Positions 41,198-54,815 of a stretch of 64,000 bases of DNA are shown here, one piece after another. This DNA is from Eledone cirrhosa (lineage: Eukaryota). The stretch spans positions 171,864,001 to 171,928,000 of the forward strand of contig OZ024743.1 in the NCBI GenBank assembly GCA_964016885.1, given 5' to 3'. The position numbers and the translations under genes were made by a program. Position 1 is the stretch's first letter, and every line of letters starts with the position of its first letter. The notes beneath the pieces were generated by a model. It did no database searches. It was given only the letters and a program-made list of their open reading frames with translations, and was not told the origin of the DNA.

Positions 41198-42900
41198 ACA
41201 ACAGTAGCAGCAGCAAAAGCAACAACAACAACAACAACAGCAACAGCGGCGGCGGCGGCGGAGGCAGCGGCGGTCGTAGTTCCTACAGCAACAACAAAAG
41301 TAGCAGCAGCTCTGACGGCAACAACAACAATAAAGAAAAACCAGTCTCATTTGCAGGTATCGCAAAGAACCTGGAAACCATCTTTATAACAAATGAAAAA
41401 TTACAGGAAGCAAGGAAGATGGTGACGAAAACCGGACACCGAGCAATTTGCAAGGCAGCCAAAAATGTTTCGAAATCCAACAGCACTGTACGGTCACGTA
41501 CTGAACAGTAAGCACAAAATCACCTAGTGTCGAAAGAGCTACAAAGGGTCAAATACAAAAAGCCTTAGGGTCTGTGTGGCAGCGGAAAACGCATATCACT
41601 CGAGGAAAGAAATATGCCGTGGACGTGCTTGTTGCTACACCCCAGGAGGCAAAGGCTCAATCCTTAGTGACGCTAATGAGCGAGGAAATGGTGTTGGTGC
41701 CCTCCTATTGCGGGCAAAAATTTGTGAGGGTCAAACTGACCCAAGCCCCCCTGGGATGGCCCCTTCTTGGCTGGCCGCGTCTGTCCTCGTCGGAATCGAG
41801 GACAAAACAACCGTACTGCAAGTACAGAAAAAGGTACGAGAAGATTGGGTCGGCGCCTCCATTGAGATGTTAATTCAAACCAACCAGGAGTGCATCGAAG
41901 CTATCCCGGATGTGATAAACTTCGATAACGGCACACAACTTCCCATAAGTGTTGAAGGCAAACGCCCGAAATGCTTTCGCTGTGGGTCGAAGACTCACCC
42001 CAGGGCCTTCTGCAATGAGAAGACCCTGAGAAATGAGAAAACCTCCCTCCTTCCGAAACCGGCTCCACTGCTACCAGCAACAGGACAGGCACCCATACCC
42101 ACGCCACGGAAATCAAGAACAGTAGCAGCAGTGGAAGTATTAACAACAACAACAGTAATACCAACTGCAGCTGCAACAGAGACTCCACTGCAACCATCAC
42201 CAACAAGAACAAGGGAAAGAGTGGAGCTGGTACCTCTCCCCGACCTCACAGAATCGGACATGGAGTGTGAGGTGGGAGAGGGATGGCAAAAGGTCGCAAG
42301 AAGGCACAAACGCAGAAGCAGCGCATCGTCGCCTTCGAAAAGAAAGGGAAGAAATGAAAAAAGGGTGAAGGCTACTGCAAAGAGATTTACAGCAGCAACA
42401 CCACCAACACTATCACCACCTACACTAGCACTACTATCACCACCGGCGGCAACACCACCGCCAACAACAACAACGCCTTCAACAACACCACCACAAGCAC
42501 CAACATCGCAAACACAACAACAAAACACACACAACCAGCAACAACGACACGAACATAGCAGACCCCCCCCACACACACACACACACACCAACACCCCACC
42601 CCACCCCCATCCCCATCCCCAGAAAAATAAATGCACAGCAATAAATACACACAAGAAACTACTGACTTACATAATTGAACACACAGACAGTTCACAGCAC
42701 GACTACATAATAGCAGCACCAATCAAAACACCAACGAACATAAGACTGGTAAGAATATCACAGAAACAATACACAAAGATTAAAATGAAATTCCCCAACG
42801 CTGTTGGTGTTTTCAGAGACCTAGGAGGGACACTCAACCGGAGAGTATACTCGCATATACTCACAGAAGAGCCGACGACCAGCCGAATCAAGGAAAGTGA
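40786..42900 (+). pseudogene. Tx1 ORF1 (gag-like, CCHC knuckle), broken
   Basis: Ser/Asn-rich N-terminus, SFA motif, CFRCGSKTHPRAFC (CX2CX4HX4C); split across ORFs 40786-41511, 41574-41873 and 41576-42952. Confidence 0.8.
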
Positions 42901-42929
42901 TCCTTTCTCACTTGCTCCGTTCCTCACCC

Positions 42930-45900
42930 AACATTCAGGATCGGAAGTGTAAAGGTGCGTGGCTTGAGCTCGGTTTGGAAGCAGGGTCACTTGCTTAACG
43001 ACCTCAGGTCACTAAACATAGATATGGTGGCCATCAGCGAGACAAGAATCTCCGAAATGCAAGCTTTCGCACCGTTCTTCGGCGGTTACAAGGTGTACGC
43101 ATCTCCGAGCCGTCCGGGAGCGGGGGGCGGAGTGATTGTGTTGTTTCGGAAAGGCTTCCGAAAGGCTTCCTGGACCCAGCAGGTAAGTCGGTGTTGCTGG
43201 ACGTACGCGGCACCGGAGGCAATGCTTTCAGGCTAGTAGCCGTCTATGCCCGACAGGGACAGAACGGCCAGATTTCTTCAGGCGTCTAGAGACCTTTCTT
43301 GGAACGGCCCGCTCTTTAGTGTTAGTGGGAGACTGGAACGGTATCTTGGATGCACGCTGAGATTGTGTGGGGCTAGTGAATAGGGGAGGATGGTGCAAGA
43401 GCCTTACCAATCTGCTCAGACGTTTTGAACTGTCTGACAGGTATCGACTGGATCACCCGAATGTGCCAATGTGGACATGGACAAACCGCATCGAGTCATC
43501 CAGATCATATCTCGATAGGGTATTCCGCAGAGAACTAGATAAGGCTAGTATAAGTTGTCCACAATTTTAAATAGTCGACTACACAGACCATACATTTTTG
43601 ATCAGTGAGATCGACATAGACAGAATTCATAGACAAGAACCCGGTTACTGGAAGCTGAAGGCGTCTTTCCCGGCGTTCAAAGCCTACATAGATCGGATTA
43701 GCGTATTAGTTAAGCGGGCGTTGACCGGAGCGGTCGTCAACAATAGGTGGAGGTTGCCCTGAAAAGGGCAATTAAAGTAGAGTCGATTAGATTTAACAAA
43801 CGACTAGTGATAGAGGAAAATAGAGTAGAGGGAGAGCTAGTCAGAAAGCTAGAAGAGGCGTTTAGGACTGGCATTGCAACCGACGTGCTTGCGGCGAGAT
43901 TGGCGCTCGACCAATTCTTCAACGCAAAACACGAAGGCTGCGTTGTCAGAGTTAGAGCGCGTGCTCTGAAACACATGGGGACAAAAGCCGTCCAATGGGC
44001 CTGGGTGGCAGAAGCGCGACGTGGCAACAAAGCCACAATTCGGTCTTTCTCTGACCAAAAGAGGCGCGTGTTGCTCGAAACCGAGCAGATGTGTGAAGCT
44101 TTTCAGCAGCACTTTGCTGAACTGTTCGGGAACGGCGGCGGGCCGGATCGGGGTATGGACTGCAGTACATACCTCGACGGACTGCCTCGGCTCTCGATGA
44201 CCGCAGCACAGTGTTGCGAAAAGCCAATAAAAGCCGGTGAAATACGGGAAGCAATGGCTAACTGCACGAGGGGTAAATCGCCTGGTTTGGATGGTCTGCC
44301 CTACGAGCTTCATGCATTTATGCCAGACTTGTTCGGTGACCTCTTGGCAGACGTCTACTGCAACTGGCAAAAGATGGGAGCATTCCCAGTTTTCTGAGCC
44401 GAGAGCGGTGGCGCTGCTGAGAAAAGACCCTAACAAGAGGGATGTTATCGATAATTTCAGACCCGTAACCCTGCTAAACACAGAGTTTAAGACTTTGGCC
44501 AAGTTGTCAGCAACGAGGTTGGCGCTTGTCGTCGAAGGTCTGGTGGGAGAGGCGTACCCATGCGCCATTCCGGACAGATCCATACACGACATCCTCCACC
44601 TCAAGCAATACATCATATAGAGGGTGGTTAAGGAACCTGGCACGGGTGGGGCCCTGATCAACTTGGATCAATCCAAAGCATTCGATAGGGTCGACCATCG
44701 GTGTCCTCGAGGCAGCCGGTTTCGGGCCCGCTTTCAGGGGTTGGATCACTGCGACGTACAGCGACAACTGCTCAGTTGTGAGGGTGCACGGTCACCTGTC
44801 GCAGCCGTTCAGCATCATGCGCTCGGTCCGCCAGGGTTGTCCACTCTCGTCTCTCTTGTACGTATTGGCTCTCGAGCAGTTACTGCACAAACTGGGGGCG
44901 ATGAGGGACGTCCCACGCGAACTAGGATGCGGGACATCCTCGTCGGCTTACGCCGACGACATCACCTTTGTGGTGTCGAGCACCGGACACGTCCAGATGC
45001 TCGGCACCGATCTCAAGGAATACGAAGCGGTGACATGAGCAAAGATAATCCAGGAAAAGTCGGTGGGCTTGCAGCTCGGCACCTGGAGTGACAAGTCCAT
45101 GCCGTCCGACAGCGTCGTGGGACGTTGGACGGACGGACCGGTTAAATTGCTCGGGGTCTGGTTCGGACCGGACCGTCAGATGGAGAAAAACTGGAGCGGG
45201 GTGACGAACAAGGTGGCCTCCCTCACCCAGAAATGGGCCGAGAGGAAGCGAATGCGTACATCGCATCCGTCATCTGCTACCGCCTTGCCCCGGCCCAATT
45301 CTCACTAAAATGGCGCCTCCCCTTCCGCTTTTTGTGGAAGGGACGCGCTCCCATGTTCAGACGATCCATCTGCTGTCAACACCCGTTGCGTGGAGGACTG
45401 GGCATGCCATGGCTGATGATGCGCAAACATGAGCCGAGGCTGCGATATCTCTGGTGCTTCCTTGACGGTGAACAAGTCTGGTCGCCGTTCGTCAGGCACG
45501 TTTTACCACAGCTCGTCTCCTTGACGGAGCTTCAGTCTTGGGTCAGGAAAAGACCGAGGGATAGCGCTTGGAAACTAGAATGTCTCCAGGCGCTCACTGC
45601 CCTCTGCCAGCTGGGCACCAGTATCGGTGGAACATCCACCTCGGCGTTCTATAGAGGACTAGTGGAGGGGAAGAGTGACGACGTTCTCGGAGAGATCCTG
45701 GGCATCGAAGAAAATCAGCTGCTTGCTCTCTTCCGGAGAACTTTAAGCCCAGGGCCTATGGATAACTTCCAGAAATCCCTGGCCTGGCAGCGCTACCGCA
45801 GAGCGTTGCCGGTTCAAGCTAAGCTCCACAGGCACGGAAGCGCCGTCAGCCGAGCCTGTCCGATATGCGCGCAGAGCGACGAAACCGTCATGCACGCATT

Positions 45901-46260
45901 CGTTCAGTGCCCGAGCATTGCTGACTTGTGGAGCTATGTCGAACACTTGCTGATCCGGTTTACGACTGAGTCCATTGTGCCGATGGTCTCGCCGTCTTCC
46001 TTTGAGAAGGTAGGGCAGGCGGTTTTCATCTGCCTGGTGGCCATGGCGAAAGAGATTGTGTGGTGGACAAGTTTGAAAGGGTTAAAGACAGACACTTTCC
46101 TCTTCTCGAATCCCTAATTAACCTTTTCAAGTTTCACTTGAAGAGGAAAATCAAAGTGGAGAAGCAAGTGCTGCCTTCTAGCAAGTTTGTTGAAAGGTGG
46201 GTGAATGTAGCGAGAATGGTCCGAGTGAACGGGACTGCTCTGAATATACGTCTGTATTGA
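42930..46260 (+). pseudogene. Tx1 ORF2 (APE-RT-zinc knuckle), frameshifted
   Basis: VRGL, ISET, GDWN, KSPGLDGLPYE, DQSKAFDRV, RQGCPLS, YADD, CPIC-x8-H-x4-C. Confidence 0.88.
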
Positions 46261-46563
46261 GAGAGGGCGCTTGCGCTGGTGGTCAGGGTGCTCGTGGTCT
46301 TTCGTGTGGTTTTCGCCACGAGTAACCCTCGGAAGTTTCCCCCCTATTGGGGAATTTTTCATTGTTTCAATTTTCATTTTTATTGTTTATATATATATAT
46401 ATGTTTCTATGTCTTTTATTTATTTTCTTATATAAATAATAAAATTCTTTACACGCACAAAACCCACATCGTACCGTCCTGTGCCGTCCTGTGCCGTCTG
46501 TAATGTTTTTTCTTGATGTCAGCCCTTGTGGCCAATAAAGAAATCATTATTATTATTATTATT

Positions 46564-46896
46564 ACAGTTGCATTTATCTTGCTTTATGTTCATACGAGTT
46601 ATCACCAAGTCACAACCAGTGACCTCAAGAGACAACAAGGTCCGCCATGTTCAAGAAAGGACATACATACTCACACATGCATCTTTAGTGTTTAGACTTG
46701 TGATGTACTTATATTGACAGAATCTTCCTTAGTATATGGACAGTTCCCATTAGTACTATCTTTTGTATTTCTCCTATACGCGGGTTTCCTGGGATTTGCG
46801 ATAAGTAATCATTAGACCCCTTAGGTATCATTCCTAGAGCGCCTACAACCACTGGTATTGTTTTAGTTCTCAATTTCCACATTTTTCCAATTTCTA

Positions 46897-46898
<2 letters not shown>
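46564..46898 (-). mobile_element. R4/Dong family 2 3' end
   Basis: EIGKMWKLRTKTIPVVVGALG continues the element truncated at 18301; 3' UTR runs into (TAA)n; second (ATT)n run at 46899-46973. Confidence 0.88.
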
Positions 46899-46978
<80 letters not shown>

Positions 46979-46994
46979 CACACGCACACACATA

Positions 46995-47434
46995 TAGACG
47001 ACATGGTGTTACTCAACTCGACAGAATCCTGACTTGCATTTGGTAGGTTTGATGCTGAGTGTCTCATGGCTTGTATGAAAATCAATGCTGCGAAAACTGA
47101 GACACACGTCTTCGCAAAGGAGCCTGCACAGTGAACTCTACATGTAGATGGAGTTCTACAGAAGCAGGTGGGGGAAGTTCAAGAATTTCAGGACAGTGTT
47201 TAGGAGTGATGGAATGTAGTGAATTAAGTGCAAGATTGCAGGAGCTGGTGCAAGAAGTAGGTGTAAAAGCCAAACTCGCTATCTTCAATTCGGAATTTGT
47301 GCCAAATCTTGGGTAAAAATCGAATATAATACAATTGCGAATATAAGTGACCGAATATATATATATATATATATATAAATTAATGAAATAATGAATAAAC
47401 AAAGAAACAGTTCCTTATATTAAAAAAAAATTGT

Positions 47435-47515
<81 letters not shown>

Positions 47516-47873
47516 CGGTCACTTATATTCGCAATTGTATTATTTCGATTTTTACCCAAGACTTGGCACAAATTCCGAATTGAAGATAGCGAGTTTGGCT
47601 TTTACACCTACTTCTTGCACCAGCTCCTGCAATCTTGCACTTAATTCACTGCATTCCATCACTCCTAAACACTGTCCTGAAATTCTTGAACTTCCCCCAC
47701 CTGCTTCTGTAGAACTCCATCTACATGTAGAGTTCACTGTCCAGGCTCCTTTGCGAAGACGTGTGTCTCAGTTTTCGCAGCATTGATTTTCATACAAGCC
47801 ATGAGACACTCAGCATCAAACCTACCAAATGCAAGTCAGGATTCTGTCGAGTTGAGTAACACCATGTCGTCTA
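46995..47873. repeat. ~360-bp inverted duplication around a (TA)n-rich spacer
   Basis: 46995-47354 is the reverse complement of 47515-47873 with few differences; near-identical ORFs appear on opposite strands. Confidence 0.95.
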
Positions 47874-48455
47874 CAAATTCCTGCTGGCTGATTTTACACC
47901 TGCCAGTCGTTATACCACTTCCAAACTGGTTACGCATGTCATTCCTGTCCATGAAGATAATGAACAGGAGAAGTGACTGTACTCAACTTTAGCATAGTCC
48001 GACCCACACATTGAATGGCTTCGATTTAGCACCATTTAACCGAACACAAATACTCGGACATTCGATAGAGACATCAGGGAAGCAGGAAGCTGACTAATGA
48101 TCCCATACTCCTGCAGAACCTTCCACAGCAAGTCTCGAAGAACGCGGTCATTTACCTTTTTGAGATTTACAAAACAATAATATACCTCTTGACAATACTC
48201 CCACAATTTCTCAAATACCTGCCGCATTTGGTCGGCTGTGCTGCATCCAGACGAAAACCGCACTGTTCATCAGCTAGCTTGGACTCGACAATCTAGCTGC
48301 ATCTTTTTGCCAGACACTTAGCATAGATTTTACCGGGGAGGCTTAACAAGGAGATTCCTCTGTAATTGATACAATCTCTCCTGTCTCTCTTTCTGAATAT
48401 TTGGATTATCACTCCTGATCGCCATTGCTTAGGTTCCTTTCCAGAGACCCATTTA
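47555..48455 (-). mobile_element. RTE-clade LINE RT fragment
   Basis: W..GVI..IF.K.DR.DC.NYRGISLLSLPGKIYA, CFV.L.K..DRV.R, VG....C.QS.LLFIIFMD, FVDD. Confidence 0.85.
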
Positions 48456-48540
48456 TATAAATATGTATGTTCTGCGCGTTTACTCCTCAATGCATGTGCG
48501 TGCGTATGTAAATAATCAATAAATATATATACACACTCAC

Positions 48541-48619
<79 letters not shown>

Positions 48620-48998
48620 TTTACATATAGGATTTTAAGCAGGGAATGTATATGCTCACATATCACTATTTCCATCATTGCAGCAGTAAAGACTGCATAT
48701 GTCTGTCACTGTTGCCTTATAAACATACATACATATACTCACTTATACAGATATGCATGCATGTTCACACATTGAAATATATTCATACATAATTAGAATA
48801 GGAATTCGATGTTAATTACTAAAGATACATAAATATGTGTGTGCGCACTCACACACACCTTACACAAATACGTATGCATTCGCATACTAAAAAAAATCAG
48901 AGAATTGGACGGCATATGTTATTCAATTGTAGCACGTGTTTGAACATAAATACACACATGCACATACCCAACCTCAGACACTCATGCACACATACGCG

Positions 48999-49084
<86 letters not shown>

Positions 49085-49150
49085 AGTATTGAAGTTTCCG
49101 TTGAAAATTGATATATATATATATATATTTATATATATGTATATATATAA

Positions 49151-49258
49151 GAACAAGTATGACCCAGACGGCAGAGCTCAAGCCGTTTCGACGGCTATTT
49201 CCGTACAGAAATAGCCGTCGAAACGGATTGACCTCTGCCGTCGGGGTCATACTTGTTC
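49151..49258. repeat. GC-rich fold-back hairpin, 51-bp arms
   Basis: 49151-49201 pairs with 49208-49258 (3 mismatches); loop CGTACA. Confidence 0.93.
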
Positions 49259-49414
49259 CTATTACCCACTCTACTACCCTAAATATTGAGTACTTTGGTG
49301 CGTTATGGTCCATCTGGTACTTTACCACAATTCCTTCGTTATATATATATATATATATTAGAAAATGAGGTTTTTTTACAAAATGAAAAAAGAGATGTCC
49401 TACACGAGTAAAAG

Positions 49415-49565
49415 TATAAGGAAAAAAGATGATATCGAAAATGCAACTGGAGTCTTTTTAAAAATATTTATTTGGTTCTTTATATTCCAAATATTTTTTT
49501 GGTTCCAAATAAATATTTTAAAAAAGACTCCAGTTGCATTTTCGATTTCATCTTTTTTCCTTATA
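49415..49565. repeat. AT-rich inverted repeat, ~60-bp arms
   Basis: 49415-49475 is the reverse complement of 49505-49565. Confidence 0.9.
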
Positions 49566-49577
49566 TATATATATATA

Positions 49578-50720
49578 AGCAGGTGAAGTCGAGGTAGGAG
49601 TCAATTGGTTTATAGAGGATGGAAGTAGAGAGGTGTGGTGAGAGTGATTGATGGATAGAGTGATATCGAGAAAAGGGACAAGAATCGGAGATGGAGGTGG
49701 TGAAGTTGAGAGTGGGATGAAAAGATTAGAAAAACGATACAAAGCAGCTATTCACGTGATAGAGAGGTGGCACCGATACAGTCATCGATATAACGACCAT
49801 ATAGATCAGGAGTAGGTTCAGTATAGTTGGAGAAGATCTGGGCTTCAACGTAGCCAACAAACAAGTTGGCATAGTTTGGGCCCATTCTGGTTTCCATCGC
49901 TACCCCAGAGACCTGCTGATAGAATTCACCGGAAAAGGAAAACCCATTGAGGGTCAAAACAAGCTCAGCGAGATGGAGAAGTGTGGTAGTGCTGAGGTAA
50001 GGGGTAGGGCGTAAGTCTAAAAGGTGTCGGAGAGCGCGGAGGTCGTCATCATGAGGGATGACGGTATAGAGAGAGGTGATGTCCAAGGTAAAGAGAAGGC
50101 GGGAGGGACCAGGAGGGAAGGAGAAGGAGTTAAAGAGTCTAAGGGCATGATAGGTATCGTGGATATGTGAGGGGAGATTGACGATTATCGGGGCGAGGGG
50201 GGCATCTAAGTATTCAGAGATGATTTCGGTGGGGCAGTTTCACGCGGAAACGATGGACGGCCGGGATCATTTGGTTTGTATATTTTAGGGAGGAAGTAGA
50301 TGGTGGGTGTGTGAGGGGTACGTACTATAAGGTTGGTGGCTCTGGGGGCAGGAGATGAGCTTGTTAATGGTGGAGGACACGAGTTGTTGGTAGCCAGGAG
50401 TGGAGTCGGGGGTAAAGGACGGTAAAATAGGGTATCGTGAAGTTGGTGGAGAGCCTCAGCCTTAGAGGTCAAGCTTCAAACCACCACAGCGCCACCTTTG
50501 TCAGCGGGTTTGATAACAATGTCATCGCGACGCCGAAGGTTGCGAAGAGCGGAGACCTCACCTCGCGTAATGTTAGAGCGTCGAGAATGCTGGTGGAAAC
50601 GGAACCGGTTTACAGTACGTCGGCAAGTATCGACAAAGGAGTCGAAGGTGCTGAGCTCGGCGTCCAATGTGATTGCCGGCAACTGAGACTAGTGGAGATG
50701 GCAACACGAATGGACCTGGT
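49578..50720 (-). mobile_element. Penelope-like element (Neptune-type RT) fragment
   Basis: IKPADKGGAVVV, YFLPKIYK...GRP, DITSLYTVIPH, GVAM.TRMGPNYANLF, RYIDD, FLD. Confidence 0.9.
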
Positions 50721-50759
50721 ATTTTTTCTCTAAAAATATTTTCTAATTCCCCATTCTTT

Positions 50760-50794
50760 TTTCTGATGACGGACTAGCGTCCGAAACGTTAAGA
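50760..50794 (+). ncRNA. Minimal hammerhead in an inverted pseudo-LTR of the adjacent PLE
   Basis: CTGATGA-C-GGACtagcGTCC-GAAA-CG-TTA; stem III palindrome AACGTT. Confidence 0.75.
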
Positions 50795-50875
50795 CCCTCT
50801 TCCTGCTATTTCAAGCGTTCACCTAATATATTCCTTCCATACATTGTACCAACTGTGTTGTTTTTCTATTTACGT

Positions 50876-50929
<54 letters not shown>

Positions 50930-50940
50930 ATAAATTTGAT

Positions 50941-51010
50941 GAGAAATCATCAGGAAGCCCTGATGATTTCTCCCGAATGAAACAGTTCTAGTCCTGTAGA
51001 AGCCTTTTCT
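50941..51010 (+). ncRNA. Tiny hammerhead-like cassette with 14-bp inverted duplication
   Basis: CTGATGA-TTTCtcccGAAT-GAAAC-A-GTT; a 44-bp identical copy lies at 22698-22741. Confidence 0.5.
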
Positions 51011-52922
51011 ATATATATATGCAGAGAGAGAGAGAGAGAGAGAGACATTTATTGTTGTTCTCTAACGTAAGCAAACTGTAAGCAACTGTCTGCATTGTTT
51101 CCAGTCAACCAAATTAACTAGATACTCTGTTTTACGGAATTGAGTACTGCTGTTTTTTGTTATTTATTTGTTTGTTACTATTATAATGTTACCGCATACT
51201 CACACAAACACATATGTCTGTCTATCTATCTTTCTATCTAGCTGTCTATCTATCTATATGTGTGTGTGTGTGCATGTATGCATATATGCATGCGTAATCT
51301 CCATATGAACATATCAATACATGAGTGTTCCTGTTGTCTCTCTCTTTCAATGTCTCTTACACACATATATATACTGAGAGAGAGAGAGGGGCTAAAAAGG
51401 TGTGGTGAAACAGAAAGACAGAATGAGAAAACAAGAGGAAGAGAATGAGAAAGAGAGAAAGGAAAAATGAATGAAAGAAAGAAACAAGGCGTCTATTCAC
51501 ATACGCACAAACACACATATATACGCGCACACACATACACGTACTTTAGACATTTAAAACATGAAGATATGCATTTTACATTGTTATTTGCATGTCGCAC
51601 AGAATTGACAGAAATGAACGGAAAATGAACAATAGTGTGTCTATGCGTGTGTATACGTGTGTGTCTGTGTGTGTGTGTGTATCTGTGTGTCTGTGTGAGT
51701 GAGTATATTTGTGTGACTGTGGGTGTGTATATTTGTGTGTGTGTGCGTGTATATATTAATGTATCCCTGCATGTGTATATTTGTATATCTGTGCATGTGT
51801 ATGTTTGGATGTCTGCGTATGTATATATGTTTGTGTCTTTACGTGTGTATGATTGTGTGTCTGTGCGTGTGCATACAAACAGAAACACACACATGTACGC
51901 ATGCACACACACGTACGGATTCGCTCACATACACACGAGCTTACGCACGCACGTACACATGCACACACGCACATGCAAAGATACACACACACATCAAGTG
52001 CCGCAGTGGTCAAGCTGTTGAATGAATACATACGTATGTGTAAATAAAAATGAGATATAAATATACACATATAGAGAGAAAATAAATATGAACAACGGAA
52101 AATAAATAAATAAATAAATATATATATATATAAGGGTTGACGGACCCAGCATATTTATCAATGGCAGTATTATGTATGTATGTATATATATATATATACA
52201 TACATAATACATAATACATATATATATATACATGCATACATAGAGATGTATATATATATACATATATATATATATATAACAAAGGAAGTGTAGTAAGGAA
52301 CCAGGTGGACCATAACCTACCAGAGTACTCAATTCTCAATACTTAATATTGTCCAGAAATAGCCGTCAAAACGGCTTGAGCTCTGCCGTCGGGGTCTTGA
52401 CCATTTTCCTTTCATATATATATATATACATATGTGTGTGTGTGCGTGTGTGTGTATGTGTGTGTGTGTATGTATATATGCATAACAAACGCTCACGCAC
52501 ATACACAACAATATCTATACTCACAAGTTCACTGTAAAATCAGAGCTGGAGACAGGCCATCGTATCTGCTGGTGGATCAGACGGAACTAATTTCGTTTGG
52601 TTATAACTTGTTTGGGAACTTCTAAATCCGATGTGATACTTGCACACTTAAACAGCCATTGTTTTGGTTTTTTCTTCTTTCTTTTACACTGCTTCTTCAA
52701 CCTCACAGCCTCTCATTCACTCATTCGTTCACTCACTAACTTTCTTATTATAATTCTTTACTCTCTCTATCTGTCTGCCTGTCTCTCTCTCGCTTCCTCC
52801 TGTTCTGTTTCTATCTTTTTTTCTCACTCCTGTTTTTGTTCTCTCGCTCTATTTATCCTTCTCTCACCTCATTCCGTGTCTCTTGTTATCCTTCGTTTTT
52901 GTTCTTTCTTCTCTCTCCCACC

Positions 52923-52985
<63 letters not shown>

Positions 52986-53008
52986 ATGCACTCGTGTTCA
53001 TGCTTCTA

Positions 53009-53094
<86 letters not shown>

Positions 53095-53381
53095 CGATAT
53101 ATATATATATATTGAGAGAGGGTGGGGTGAGGTGAATTTGGAAATAGCACGGAAAATATATTTAAGGATCTGTTTTTCTTTTTTCTTAAAATAAGTCTTA
53201 AAAAATCTACCATGTGTCAAAATTAGGGTGCCTCCTCAAGGAGGAAGCGTCTTCGGCGCCGGAAAATCATACGGTATATATATGTGTGCGTGTGTGTGGT
53301 TGTAATTTTCAATTGATCGATCGAACACATTTATCTACTATCTCTTGTGTACCTTTCTCTTTTTCTCTTTCCCATTCACTT

Positions 53382-53489
<108 letters not shown>

Positions 53490-53529
53490 CTAACAACCTA
53501 TTTATCTGTCTATCGATATTGCTAATAGT

Positions 53530-54190
53530 TCAAATTACCTCACAAATGCCGCTGCTGTATCCCTGTGGATCGATCCGTTCAGTCTGCACCACTGTCATGC
53601 CATCACAGCGCTGGCCGCCTCCCGCGTCATGGTCTTCTCAACGAGATCATAAAGCATGGCCTGGATGGCGCAGGCTTCCCTTCCCAGCTCGACTCAGTAG
53701 GGCTGGACAGAAGGGAAAGCAGATGGTATCAGAATCTTCCCGTTCTGCGGGAGTAGGCACCACATCTGGGATGCCACATGCTACGACACCTACTCAAGTG
53801 GCAACCTGGTGCAAGTGGCGCCAAGCTGAAGAGAGTAAGCTGTCCAAGTATCGGCTGCTCTCTAATAGGTTTGTGGTAGAGCCTGTAGCATTGCAGACTT
53901 CCAGCGTTCTTGTCCCCGGACCACATCCTTGCTCATTGCTATCGGAGTCGAGATGACCGCCCGCAGATGCAAGCCCCACAAGGTGAAGTGGCTGTTCCAG
54001 CGCGTCATCCTCACCCTCCTCCGGAGCAATGTATTGTCCATCCTGTCGGCCGAGACCCAGAGACAGAGGGTAAGTTAGCTGGAAGTGAAGAGATCTCAGG
54101 AAGTACAGAAGAAGAAGCATTTAGTTGTTACAACAAGCTGTGTCGTGTTGGGAAAGAGAGAGAAAAGAAACCATGTAATGAACTTTAATA
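53530..54190 (+). mobile_element. CRE-clade-like non-LTR retrotransposon 3' end (restriction-like endonuclease)
   Basis: Across frames: LSC..SAGRLPRH.LLNEII..GL..AGFPSQL...GLDR, DG..IFPF, IWDATC.DT, AE..K..KY..L, PVALQT, WLFQR.....R.N. Confidence 0.75.
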
Positions 54191-54234
54191 GTTTTGCACA
54201 AGGCAAGCAACTTGAGGGGAAGACGAAAGTCTAC

Positions 54235-54508
54235 CAAATCAATTTCAGTGCGTCACTGGCGCTTTATTTTATCGCTCACGTAAGGATGAAAGGCAAAATC
54301 GGTGGGATTTGAACTCAGAACGTAGAGGGTCATAACTATATGCCGCAAATCGTGTTGTCCGATGTTCTAGCGATTGCTGCCAATCCACTGCCCTTGCATC
54401 CCAAATAATGGTTTCTGATTTAGGTATAAGGCCAACAATGTTAGGAGCATGGCAAGTCAATTAAATTAACCTCAGTGCGTTGCTGGTACTTTATTAAATC
54501 GACCCCGA
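54235..54508 (-). mobile_element. Older SINE copies (one near complete, one 3' fragment)
   Basis: Reverse complement of diverged family head and core (GTAAGGATGAAAGGCAAA, TTTGAACTCAGA). Confidence 0.75.
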
Positions 54509-54509
54509 T

Positions 54510-54815
54510 ATTGTGGTTCGGAACCAGACGTCCACATCAACGTCAACGCTCGACCTCATTTGATGGACACTCTTCACTGCGACCTTCGACAATTTCCTCT
54601 ATCATGTTTTTTGTTTTTGCGGCTATTTCAAGGCACCCTCTCACCTATTTTTACAGGGATATGAGGATATTTCCAAGCTGCTGGTTTCACTGAGTTGAAC
54701 CAGCTCACTATACATTCCAGCTTTTCTGTCGAATTTATCATTGATGTTCGCCTCCCATAGAACTGTCAGATCTATCATCTTTTCCACCTTCCTGTCCCTG
54801 CACCATTTGACAAGG
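54510..54815 (-). mobile_element. Hero/NeSL-like RLE endonuclease fragment
   Basis: Minus strand translates W..DRKVEKMIDLTVLWEANINDKFDRKAGMYSEL, resembling ELTVPWE...RK..KY..L. Confidence 0.6.

Larger units (their letters stand above)
40588..46563 (+). mobile_element. Full-length (~6 kb) Tx1/L1-clade LINE, inactivated by frameshifts
   Basis: ~200-bp 5' UTR, ORF1, ORF2 (APE, RT with YADD, zinc knuckle), 3' UTR with AATAAA; (ATT)n on both flanks. Confidence 0.93.
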
